From positions 16,674-80,673 of the forward strand of contig JADGEE010000002.1 of the NCBI GenBank assembly GCA_016744535.1: a stretch of 64,000 nucleotides of DNA, read 5' to 3'. Shown here one piece after another: positions 20,665 through 29,600 of the stretch. The position numbers and the translations under genes are program-made. This DNA comes from Campylobacteraceae bacterium (GTDB taxonomy: Bacteria; Campylobacterota; Campylobacteria; Campylobacterales; BB28). Below the pieces are notes generated by a model. The model made no database searches. It saw nothing but the letters and a program-made list of their open reading frames with translations, and had not been told where the DNA came from. Every line of letters begins with the position of its first letter. Position 1 is the stretch's first letter.

Positions 20665-21537
20665 TTATCTTTTAAAATCTGTTATAACAACATATTTAAC
20701 ACTATTATCATTCTCTTTTGTTACTACATATTTATTTGGAAAAGCTGTTCTTAACTGTTTTAATGCAATATGGGCTAAAACACCATCAAGTGGCTTTGTT
20801 TGACCATAACCAGTAGAATTTATATTATCAATTAGTGGAGCTAAATAATTTTTAATCATATCTTCTTGATTTTTTAAAAATTCTGCAATTTCAAGTTTAA
20901 CCATTAAGTTATATTTTGGATTTATCCAATTAAAGAGCATATATGAGAGAGCTTTATATCTATATCCCTCTTTTCCAATTAAAAGTGCTGCATCTTTTCC
21001 ATCAAATTCAATTAAAAGTGTATTTGAATCCTCTGGTGATACTCTTATTTTATCTAAACCAAAACATCCAAAGTTAAAGAGAGTTCTTAAATCCTCTTCA
21101 ATCTCTTTTGCAATTTCATCAAGATTTTTCTTATCTCCATAAAAGTTATTAAATATATCACTATTTGTATTTTTTCTTTGAGATTGGGCTTCTTTAGATG
21201 TTCTAGTCTCTTTAACTTCTTTTATTACTTTAGGTTCATTAATAATTGTAGTTGATTCTTTTTCTTTTTTAACTATATGTTTTTTAGGCTCTTTTTTTAC
21301 TTTTACTTCTTTAATTTCAGGTTTTAATTCAGGTGGTTTTGGTTTTATTCTCTCTTTTGGTGAAGGTTTAGTTTTATTTGTTGCCACAATTATCGCACTT
21401 TTTTTACCTATTCCTAAAAAACCTTTTTTAGAACTTTGAATTACTTCAATATCTAAATTTGTAATAGAGCAGTTAAACTCTTTAGAGGCTTTTGCATAAG
21501 CCTCTTCTAGTGTTATAGCTTCAATTTTTTTCATCAT
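20665..21537 (-). CDS. jag: Jag/KhpB-like RNA-binding protein (Jag_N, KH, R3H)
   Basis: The position directly after yidC is conserved. The C-terminal half has LLIGKEGYRYKALSYM (KH-like) and an R3H-like end. The K/E/P-rich linker is unusually long. Confidence 0.8.
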   Translation of the reverse strand: MMKKIEAITLEEAYAKASKEFNCSITNLDIEVIQSSKKGFLGIGKKSAIIVATNKTKPSPKERIKPKPPELKPEIKEVKVKKEPKKHIVKKEKESTTIINEPKVIKEVKETRTSKEAQSQRKNTNSDIFNNFYGDKKNLDEIAKEIEEDLRTLFNFGCFGLDKIRVSPEDSNTLLIEFDGKDAALLIGKEGYRYKALSYMLFNWINPKYNLMVKLEIAEFLKNQEDMIKNYLAPLIDNINSTGYGQTKPLDGVLAHIALKQLRTAFPNKYVVTKENDNSVKYVVITDFKR

Positions 21538-23099
21538 TTCTCTGCCTTTTTTCTTTCGAATATTTTATTAATATAATATTGTTGTGCAATTGAGAATATA
21601 TTATTTACAAACCAATATAATACAAGTCCTGCTGGGAATGTTATAAAGAAAAATGTAAATATAACTGGTAAAAATTTAAATACTTTTGCTTGAAGAGGGT
21701 CTGTAAAAGTTGATGGTGTAATAACTTGGTGAATATACATACTAACTCCAAGTAAAACAGGCAATACAAAATATGGATCCATTAGAGATAAATCGCTCCA
21801 AAACATCCACTCTGCCCCTTTTAACTCAATTGCATTTAATAAAACTCTATAAATTGAGAAAAATACTGGAATTTGTAAAATTAGAGGTAAACATCCTCCC
21901 ATAGGATTAGCACCCTCTTTTTTATATAAATCCATCATATGCATATTAAGTTTTTGTGAATCACCTTTATATTTAGCTTGTAAATCTTTAATTTTTGGTG
22001 CAAGTGCTTTTAGCTTTTGCATTGACACCATACCCTTATATGTTAAAGGATATAGAATTAATCTAACTAAAAATGTAAGTGCAATAATTGCCCAACCCCA
22101 ATTTCCTATTGAATCGTGTAGATATTGTAAAACTAAAAACATAGGTTTTGCTATAAAAGTAAAGAAACCATACTCAATAATTGAAGTAAGTTCAGGATTA
22201 ATTGCATTTAATACACTAAAATCTTTTGCACCTACATAACCATTTAATGAAAAATCGGGTTTTCCATCTATAAAAATCAGAGGATTATCTTCTCTATCTG
22301 TTAGTAAAACTACATTAAATCCCTCTTCTAAATTATATAGTGCAGTTGTATAGTATCTATCAACTGATGCAGCAATTTTTACACCATTATGTGCTTCATT
22401 TGTGATACCATCACCATCATCAATCATAGAAATTGTTCCATCAGCTTCGGCTAATAATGCTCCGTGAAAAGTCATCATATCTACTAACACAGATGGTCTA
22501 AATCCTGTTGAAAGAAAATATCTTTTATCATTTGAAACTTTAATATTTAAATCATACTTACCATTTGGATAAAAAGTTACTGTTTTAGTAAGTGTTGTAG
22601 TCGATAAATTTTGAGTTAAAGTTAAAGTTATAGGAGAATTTTTTAACTCTAACAATTTTTTATTAGCTACTACATCTACTTTAAAAGCTTCTTCATTTAA
22701 ATCTTTATCCACAAATCTAATTTCAAGTGGTTTTGGATTATTTGAATTTATATCAAATAGACTTAAATAGTCTGATTCTTCAGTTTTAAACCGATGGTCT
22801 TTTAAATAGACTTGGTGGATTCTACCTAGTGAATCTATCTCTATATCAAAATGTTTTGATACTATTTTTGAAATAATTTTACTTTCTAACACAGGCGAAG
22901 ATATATTTACTTTCTCTGTTGTTGGAGCAGTTTGTAATTGTGGTGCTAATTGTTGTGAATTTACAACATTTGTGTTTGTTTGTTGTCCATTTGTATCTTT
23001 TATAACCATAGATTTAGGCAAAAAGTAGTCATAAGCTACAAAAAATATAACTGAAATAAGAGTTGCTAATAAAATTCTCTTTTGCATATCATCATTCAT
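21534..23099 (-). CDS. yidC: membrane protein insertase YidC
   Basis: 521 aa with a large periplasmic domain and the C-terminal 60-kDa-IMP core (GCLPLILQIPVFFSIY, GLVLYWFVNNIFSIAQQ). Confidence 0.95.
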   Translation of the reverse strand: MNDDMQKRILLATLISVIFFVAYDYFLPKSMVIKDTNGQQTNTNVVNSQQLAPQLQTAPTTEKVNISSPVLESKIISKIVSKHFDIEIDSLGRIHQVYLKDHRFKTEESDYLSLFDINSNNPKPLEIRFVDKDLNEEAFKVDVVANKKLLELKNSPITLTLTQNLSTTTLTKTVTFYPNGKYDLNIKVSNDKRYFLSTGFRPSVLVDMMTFHGALLAEADGTISMIDDGDGITNEAHNGVKIAASVDRYYTTALYNLEEGFNVVLLTDREDNPLIFIDGKPDFSLNGYVGAKDFSVLNAINPELTSIIEYGFFTFIAKPMFLVLQYLHDSIGNWGWAIIALTFLVRLILYPLTYKGMVSMQKLKALAPKIKDLQAKYKGDSQKLNMHMMDLYKKEGANPMGGCLPLILQIPVFFSIYRVLLNAIELKGAEWMFWSDLSLMDPYFVLPVLLGVSMYIHQVITPSTFTDPLQAKVFKFLPVIFTFFFITFPAGLVLYWFVNNIFSIAQQYYINKIFERKKAEK

Positions 23100-23235
23100 G
23101 AATAAACCTTTATAAGTCTTTATGATTTTTTAAATAGAAATATAGAAATAGTGTTTTAAACTCCCTTTTGGAGTTTTAGTTCTAAAGCTTGGATGATATC
23201 ATTTTTAATAAAAAAGTTTGCTTTAATATAACTTT

Positions 23236-23571
23236 TTATTTTAATGTATTTAATCTTTTTAGAGAGTATATAAAATCTTTTTTTAAAATTTTGAAATCAA
23301 TTTCAGGGGTTTTAGGGTTAGATACAAAGATATAAGTTCCATTTTTTAAAATACAACAATTCTCAATAAACAGTGCTCTTAATCTTCTTTTTGCTCTATT
23401 TCTTTTCACGGCCGAGCCAACTTTTTTTGAAGCTGTAAAACCGATAAAGTTATCTTTTGAAGGTTTGTAAAAAGAGATTAAAGAGTTTACATGCCATTTT
23501 TTTGAATTTTTATAAATTCTTTGAAAATCTTTATTACTTTTTAATCTCTTAAACTCTTTTAAACAGATAAT
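23236..23571 (-). CDS. rnpA: ribonuclease P protein component; start codon non-canonical or uncertain
   Basis: Own translation gives [32 protein letters not shown]...[17 protein letters not shown] (RNR motif)...LKRLNTLK*. The ORF opens after TAG 23578-23580. The only upstream in-frame starts are ATT (23569-23571) and ATC. It overlaps the rpmH stop. Not in the ORF track. Confidence 0.75.
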   Translation of the reverse strand: MICLKEFKRLKSNKDFQRIYKNSKKWHVNSLISFYKPSKDNFIGFTASKKVGSAVKRNRAKRRLRALFIENCCILKNGTYIFVSNPKTPEIDFKILKKDFIYSLKRLNTLK

Positions 23572-23693
23572 CTTTTTCTACCTCTAGCGCGTCTAGCTTT
23601 TATAACTCTTCTACCATTTTTAGTTTTCATTCTAAGTCTAAAACCGTGTGTTCTCTTTCTTGGAGTATTATGTGGTTGGTATGTTCTTTTCAC
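23559..23693 (-). CDS. rpmH: 50S ribosomal protein L34
   Basis: Own translation from GTG 23693 gives (M)[43 protein letters not shown], 44 aa. Below the ORF-track length cutoff. Confidence 0.93.
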   Translation of the reverse strand: MKRTYQPHNTPRKRTHGFRLRMKTKNGRRVIKARRARGRKRLSV

Positions 23694-23740
23694 TTATTTT
23701 CCCTTTTGTCTCTTAATAGATTTTTAGCGCTCGATTGTAG

Positions 23741-23780
23741 AAAAAAAATGCTTAAAATATCATAAATTTAAGCATTTTTT
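23741..23780 (-). terminator. AT-rich hairpin flanked by A and T runs, putative bidirectional rho-independent terminator after hpf
   Basis: AAAAAATGCTTAAA (23743-23756) and TTTAAGCATTTTTT (23767-23780) form a 14-bp perfect inverted repeat with a 10-nt loop. It lies 25 nt downstream of the hpf stop. Confidence 0.5.
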
Positions 23781-23804
23781 AAAGTTATTTTTGGAGGAAA
23801 TGTC

Positions 23805-24335
23805 TTAATATAAACCATATCTTTCATCAGTTCTCTTATAAATTACTCTCATCTTATCATCCATATCATTAAATACGAAAAATTTTCTATCACTATCATT
23901 TAATCTCTGCATAGCTTCTTCAATTTCCATTGGTTTATAAAGTTCAAGCTCTGTTGGTACAATTTCATCATCACTTCCATAAGCCTCTTTTAACTCATCT
24001 TGTGAAGCTTTTTGTTCAGCTAACTCCTCAAGTGTAGTAACTCTATGTTCAGTTATCTTATCGTGATGTCTTCTAAGTACCTTTTGAGCTCTCTCTATTG
24101 CTAAATCAATTCCAGCATATACATCTTTGTCTTTTTGTTTAATTACAATTGTATTTTTATGTGCTAAATTAATTGTAAACTCAACTGCGAAACCCTTTTT
24201 CTCTTCTGCTGAAACTATAGTTCTAATTGATATGATATCTAAATTATATTTTTTCAAAGTCTCCACTGAACTCTCTATGTGAGCTTTCATTGCATCTGTT
24301 AATTCGATATGTCTTCCGACTATACTCATATTCAT
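23805..24335 (-). CDS. hpf: ribosome hibernation promoting factor (long HPF / sigma-54 modulation protein family)
   Basis: 176 aa. The N-terminal RaiA/YfiA fold reads IVGRHIELTDAMKAHIE. The C-terminal dimerisation domain reads FFVFNDMDDKMRVIYKRTDERYGLY. Confidence 0.9.
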   Translation of the reverse strand: MNMSIVGRHIELTDAMKAHIESSVETLKKYNLDIISIRTIVSAEEKKGFAVEFTINLAHKNTIVIKQKDKDVYAGIDLAIERAQKVLRRHHDKITEHRVTTLEELAEQKASQDELKEAYGSDDEIVPTELELYKPMEIEEAMQRLNDSDRKFFVFNDMDDKMRVIYKRTDERYGLY

Positions 24336-24436
24336 TTTAACTCCTTTGTTTTATAATACCGTTACAATTTTATTATATCGCAAAAATATTTAACTTTTAT
24401 AAGATTAATTACAATTTTGTTTTTTTGAAATTTACT

Positions 24437-24892
24437 TTAAGGTTTTTGGATACTTCGTCTATGAAATCGTATTGAATCATCTTCAGTACAAGTAACTATT
24501 GTATCAATTATTACAGTTAAATTTGATTCGTTATATCTTAAATTATTATCTAGTACTCTAAAGCCATCATTACACCAAGTATTTCCTCCATTATTAATTC
24601 CATTTAAAATATAACTAATTGACATATTTACTTCATAGCATAAACCATCTGTTGTAGCGTCAATATTAACTGTTTTTAAACAACCATTATTTTGTTTGTA
24701 GTGATCGTGTCCACTAAGAGCTAAAAGTGCATACTCTGTTGCACTAAGTCCTAAAAGCCTTGCTTGTTCTCTTAAATATATATTTGAAGTAGTTTTAATT
24801 GTTTGACTTGAAAAGCCTAATATCATAGCTGACATAATAGCAACTATAACTAAAATAATAATAGCCATAACAAGAGAAAATCCTCTTCTCAA
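24437..24892 (-). CDS. PilX/MshP/GspK-like minor pseudopilin (no Glu5)
   Basis: 151 aa with a TTG start (24892-24890) inside TTGA, overlapping the upstream stop, and an SD GAGAGGG upstream. The N-terminus MRRGFSLVMAIIILVIVAIMSAMILGF matches the R-G-x-(S/A)-L-(V/I) leader of PilX_N/MshP-type proteins. Confidence 0.65.
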   Translation of the reverse strand: MRRGFSLVMAIIILVIVAIMSAMILGFSSQTIKTTSNIYLREQARLLGLSATEYALLALSGHDHYKQNNGCLKTVNIDATTDGLCYEVNMSISYILNGINNGGNTWCNDGFRVLDNNLRYNESNLTVIIDTIVTCTEDDSIRFHRRSIQKP

Positions 24893-25887
24893 TATATTAC
24901 CCTCTCTTTACAAAAAGCATAAGTGTCATCACTTGTTAAATCCAAAGTATCTAAATTTTCACTATCCATACATATTTTAATCCAAAGTGTATTTCCTTGT
25001 TGTCTAAAATCAAAAGAGTTTATATTTTGAAGTAGAAGTGATTGATTTCCTTCTTTATATATATTTGGATTAGTATTTGACCAAGGTTGATAGTTATAAT
25101 ATAGATATAAGTCATTATTAGTTGTATTTCTCTCTAGTGCATAAGCACTCCAAGCTAAATAGTATCTATCAGTATCGTTTCTATCTCTAAATCTAAAATT
25201 ATTTAAGCCACTATAATCAAAGTCATTAGTACTTAAAGTAAAAGTAAAACTATCATCTCCAGTTATGCAGTCATTACAATGAACTATAAATGAGTTATTA
25301 CCCTCTTGGTCATACCAACCATATCGCATAATTCCATCATCACTTGGCATAATTAAAGCAACTCTATTTTTTGTTGTATCAGTTGTATTTAAACTAACTT
25401 TTCCATCTGATAGAGAATTAATTATTTGATTTGCATAATTTAAATTGCTTCCCAAACTAACTAACCTTGACGAAGTTAAACCATCATCAAACATAGCTTT
25501 TCTATCACTAAAAGCACTCCAGCCAGGCATAACAGCATTTTTAGTATTATCCCACATTCCCATTAAACTCTCTCTATCATAACTTATCCACTCTATTTTA
25601 TTCATAGTTGGGTCGCCACCAGTTTGTGCATAAAATGGTATTGTATTATTTAACTCGTGATAGTTTCCACTACCATCTGAAGCTATTACACTATCTTTTA
25701 CTCTATAAGATAATCTAGTCGAAATTTGAGTTAATGCTAAATCTAGTTCAGTTTGAATAGTATCAATAGTTTTAACTCTTGCATAAGATTGATAGATTCT
25801 TAAAATAAATTCAAATGTACCTCCAGCAACAATTGCAAGTACTACAATTACAAAAATCAACTCTATCATAGTAAAAGATTTTTTCAT
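24889..25887 (-). CDS. prepilin-type N-terminal cleavage/methylation domain protein (minor pilin/pseudopilin-like, 332 aa)
   Basis: MKKS|FTMIELIFVIVVLAIVAGG has a class-III signal with Phe+1, Glu+5 and a hydrophobic helix. The ATG shares one base with the upstream stop (TAATG 25889-25885). Confidence 0.8.
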   Translation of the reverse strand: MKKSFTMIELIFVIVVLAIVAGGTFEFILRIYQSYARVKTIDTIQTELDLALTQISTRLSYRVKDSVIASDGSGNYHELNNTIPFYAQTGGDPTMNKIEWISYDRESLMGMWDNTKNAVMPGWSAFSDRKAMFDDGLTSSRLVSLGSNLNYANQIINSLSDGKVSLNTTDTTKNRVALIMPSDDGIMRYGWYDQEGNNSFIVHCNDCITGDDSFTFTLSTNDFDYSGLNNFRFRDRNDTDRYYLAWSAYALERNTTNNDLYLYYNYQPWSNTNPNIYKEGNQSLLLQNINSFDFRQQGNTLWIKICMDSENLDTLDLTSDDTYAFCKERVIY

Positions 25888-26618
25888 TAAAATACCTTAC
25901 TTTTTTTATTCATTAAGTCATAATATTCACCAATATTACAACTAAAAGAGTTAAGAGTTAAAATTTTATCATCAGTTATACAATCTTTAATTGTAACTTC
26001 AATAAATTTAATATTTGAGCTTTGAGTTTGTTCAGTTTTAGTTAATGTAAAAGTTATATTTTGAGAATCTCTATATTCTCCATTACCTCCATCAGCATTA
26101 TCATTTATGTAAAAAACTCTAATATCTGCTGTATACTCTCTCTTATAACCTTTAAGTCCCACTGTAAAAGATGTTCTATAATTGAGTGTTTCTTTACCAT
26201 TATATATAAAATCATCTATATCATCTATATTAGTAAAACTAAAATCATCTATTAATTCCCCATCAGAACTATCAATTCCTAATAAAGCAGTAGCTGACAC
26301 AGCAGAAGGGAAAAATGACCTTCTACCATCTTCCTTTATATGACCAACCCTTATTTTACTAGTTCCAACCCTATCTAAATCACTATCTCCATTAACTACA
26401 TCTATAACTTTTCTTACAGAGCCATCATAATTATTCTCATCCCATTGATAATCCATAATATCAAATATAAATCCTGAAGCTATCCAAATAGCTTCTTGAT
26501 TTATAGACATTTCACTTGAATTTTTAGCTTGATTTAATACAGCTGGTAATCCACCAATTGCTAAAGCTATAACAATAATAGCAAAAATAAGTTCTACCAT
26601 ACTAAATGATTTTTTCAA
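25887..26618 (-). CDS. prepilin-type N-terminal cleavage/methylation domain protein (minor pilin/pseudopilin-like, 243 aa)
   Basis: The TTG start (26618-26616) is required to give MKKS|FSMVELIFAIIVIALAIGG (Phe+1, Glu+5). It lies 9 nt after the giant-gene TAG. Confidence 0.78.
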   Translation of the reverse strand: MKKSFSMVELIFAIIVIALAIGGLPAVLNQAKNSSEMSINQEAIWIASGFIFDIMDYQWDENNYDGSVRKVIDVVNGDSDLDRVGTSKIRVGHIKEDGRRSFFPSAVSATALLGIDSSDGELIDDFSFTNIDDIDDFIYNGKETLNYRTSFTVGLKGYKREYTADIRVFYINDNADGGNGEYRDSQNITFTLTKTEQTQSSNIKFIEVTIKDCITDDKILTLNSFSCNIGEYYDLMNKKSKVF

Positions 26619-26627
26619 TTCTCTATC

Positions 26628-29600
26628 CTACCAATCAATTCTTCTTTTAGTAATAGGATTTTTATAATCATTACTTTTAAAATTCACTTTAAATTCTGGT
26701 TTTACTGGGTAACTATATCCTTTGTTAAACCATAAATACTCTTTAGTATTAATATTAAATTTAGCTATACCATACTTAGTATTTTCTCTTGTAATTTGTG
26801 TTGCTAAAAGAGCATTTGTTATAATTATGTTTAGCTTTGGGTTTATTCCACTAGTTGGATATGTCTCTTCTAAATCACTAACAATATTAGTATATATACT
26901 TTTAATATTTGCAATCTCAGTAAAACTATCTTCTATATTTCGATACCAATAGAAATCATTTTTATTTTCATTATCTCCTGCAAGTAAACTTTTTTCTATC
27001 AATTCTGAAAAATCTTTAGTAAAATCTATTTCACAGTTATTACAATAAACTTCGACCCTTATTTCAATATCTTCATTATCTCCAAGTGTCTCATAATTAT
27101 CTGCCCAAATTCTTCCGTAGTAGAAACTCGCATTATTTTCTATAAAAGTAAATATAATAGATGGATTAGTACTATTATAAGTTGTTCCAGCTGTAACCAT
27201 ATCACTCTCTAAATTAAGAGTTACATTTTCAACTTTTAAATTAACTGGATTTGCTGGTGTATCAAAATATTTTTTTACATTAAATATTATTGAATTATTT
27301 GATTCACCTGAACTAAAATTAAAGTCATTATTAGGTAAGTCAGCAAAAAATATATTTTCAAAAGCAATTTCATCACTACTACTTAAATCATTTATTTCTG
27401 ATGAGTTTAATATAGTGTGATAAATGAAATTTGTCACTAATCCTTGTTGTGTAAACTGTAATGGAATTTTTACACTTCTATAAAAAATATCATTATCAAA
27501 ATTTTTAACTGTAACTCCTTGCATATTTTTAGCAGTTATATTAAAGTCAAATCTAATATTTATATCATCATCTAATTCAGCCATATAAGTCCAATTTTGA
27601 TCATTAAATGGATAAATAAAATCAGTTGATATATTTAAGTCATAAGGATATATTGTAATAGTATCCTTAGCATAGTCAATAACACTAAGTCCTGAACAAC
27701 TATTATCAATAATATCTATACAAGCGTAAGGACATCCATTTGTTTCAACACAAGTATTACTATTACAACTACTACAATTATTTGGATTACCTTCATAACT
27801 TCCATTACCATCAGTTATATTAATATCAAAAATTCCAACTTCAAGAATAGATGAAAAAGAGTTATTAACTCCACTAATAAATGATAAAGACCCCTCATTA
27901 GTATAGTTAAAATCATCATTTAAATTTAAATCAATCTGATTAAAAAATCCATTATGTGTTAAATTTGAATCTATAGTAAATGAGCGATTTTGGTTTTCTC
28001 TCTCATTGTAATTAAGGATATTATTATTTGAACTATCTTGTACTTTTAAATCCATAATAAAATTTTCACCTGCTCTTGCTGTGTTAGTATTAGGATTGTT
28101 TGAAGGAATAATATCTATATCAAAATTAGCTGGTCTAATTGCAAAGAAGTCTGAAGTATCAGAATGTGATGTATTAAGTTCTTCTATAACTCTAATTTGT
28201 AATTTTCTATAAGCATTTGTACCTATATTTGTATCAACATCATTCCAGCTACCAACGCCATCCATACCTAAAGCTACCCCTATATTTAAATTATTGGGGT
28301 CAGTAGTAAAAACAACACTATCACTATCTAATTTATCAATTACATAACTAATCAATTCAACATTAAAATCAGTTAATGTTCCATTATCATCCCAATAAGA
28401 AACTAAAGTAAAATCATAACTCCCATTTGAAATTTTTGTTACTAAATTGGTATTTGCATTTCTAAAATCACTAATATTACTTATATTGTCTTCATTTACA
28501 ACATTTCTATCAAATACTCCAAAACTATATGAAGGACAAGCAAAAGATATATTTTTAGAAATTCTTTCATTATTTAAAACATTAAGATATACTTTATTAT
28601 CACTACTACTAAAACTATTTACTGTTGTAATCCCATCAGGATCAATTAATAATATATCTGTAATATCTATATCACTAGAAATACAACAAGTTGGAGTTTC
28701 AGTATTTAAATTAAATATAATATCATCACTACCTACAGGGTCTATAACTGATTTAAGTATATTAATAGTGCCACTCTTTATAGTATAAATTAATTCGACA
28801 TTATGCTCCGACCACTCTACTGTATTATTATTCTCATCTTGTGGCGAGATAGTTATTTTACACTCACTCCCACACTTATTTTGACAATCTAATGAAGCTA
28901 TTAAATGGTCTGGACCTTTTATAAATTTAGCAGGAATACCTCCTCCATAAATAGCATTATCATTTATAAAACTACTAAAAGAATAAGCACCATTTTTATC
29001 ATATAGCCCAAAATATGAAACTGTAAAATTTAAATCCACAGATTTATTATTATCTTTATCATTATAAATAGCAGAACTTAAACTATTATCTTTAAAATAT
29101 AGTTTAGTAAAATTTCCTTCACTATTCCATTTAGTTGAGTGATAAGTACTAGGATTATTTAAAGTTTGATTTATATCTATATCAAAAGTTGAACTTATCT
29201 TTGTAAAATATGTAGTTTTATCATTCCCTAGAAAGTTATTTAAGTTTGTTAAAGAATTACTACACATATTACTATCACAAATAGGAATAATATTTAAAGT
29301 TAAATTTTCATCATATTTTAGTTCTATTTCTGTTAAAAATTGATAATTCTCTTTTAAATATAACTCATTAGAATCTAGTTCTAATTTAAAACTATCAGGT
29401 TTTGTTAAAACTTGAAATTCATAAGTTCCATCAGCACAAAAATTTTCGCTATTTTCAACTTTAATTATAGCTGTACTTAAACCTAATCTATCATTTGGAG
29501 TTGTAAAAATTATATTTTTGCCATTATTATTTGAATCTATTAAATTATCTAAAGTTGTACTAAAGCCATATTTTACTATATCTTGATGAGTAACACTATC

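Noticed and set aside
23100-23235. Possible yidD gene or pseudogene between rnpA and yidC
   Set aside because: The 136-nt gap is too short. All frames carry stops and none has the CR(F/Y)xP(T/S)CS motif. The resemblance of LLKMISSKL to YidD is too weak to call a pseudogene, so it is mentioned only as a note in a finding.
24336-24436. Direct or inverted repeats flanking the giant-protein locus, the ATPase pair or the TetR cassette that would mark them as islands
   Set aside because: Only short (10 nt or less) AT-rich matches were seen by eye, for example TTACAATTTT twice within 24372-24418. Nothing is comparable to the 17-bp repeat around 52197-56695. A computational repeat search is still needed.
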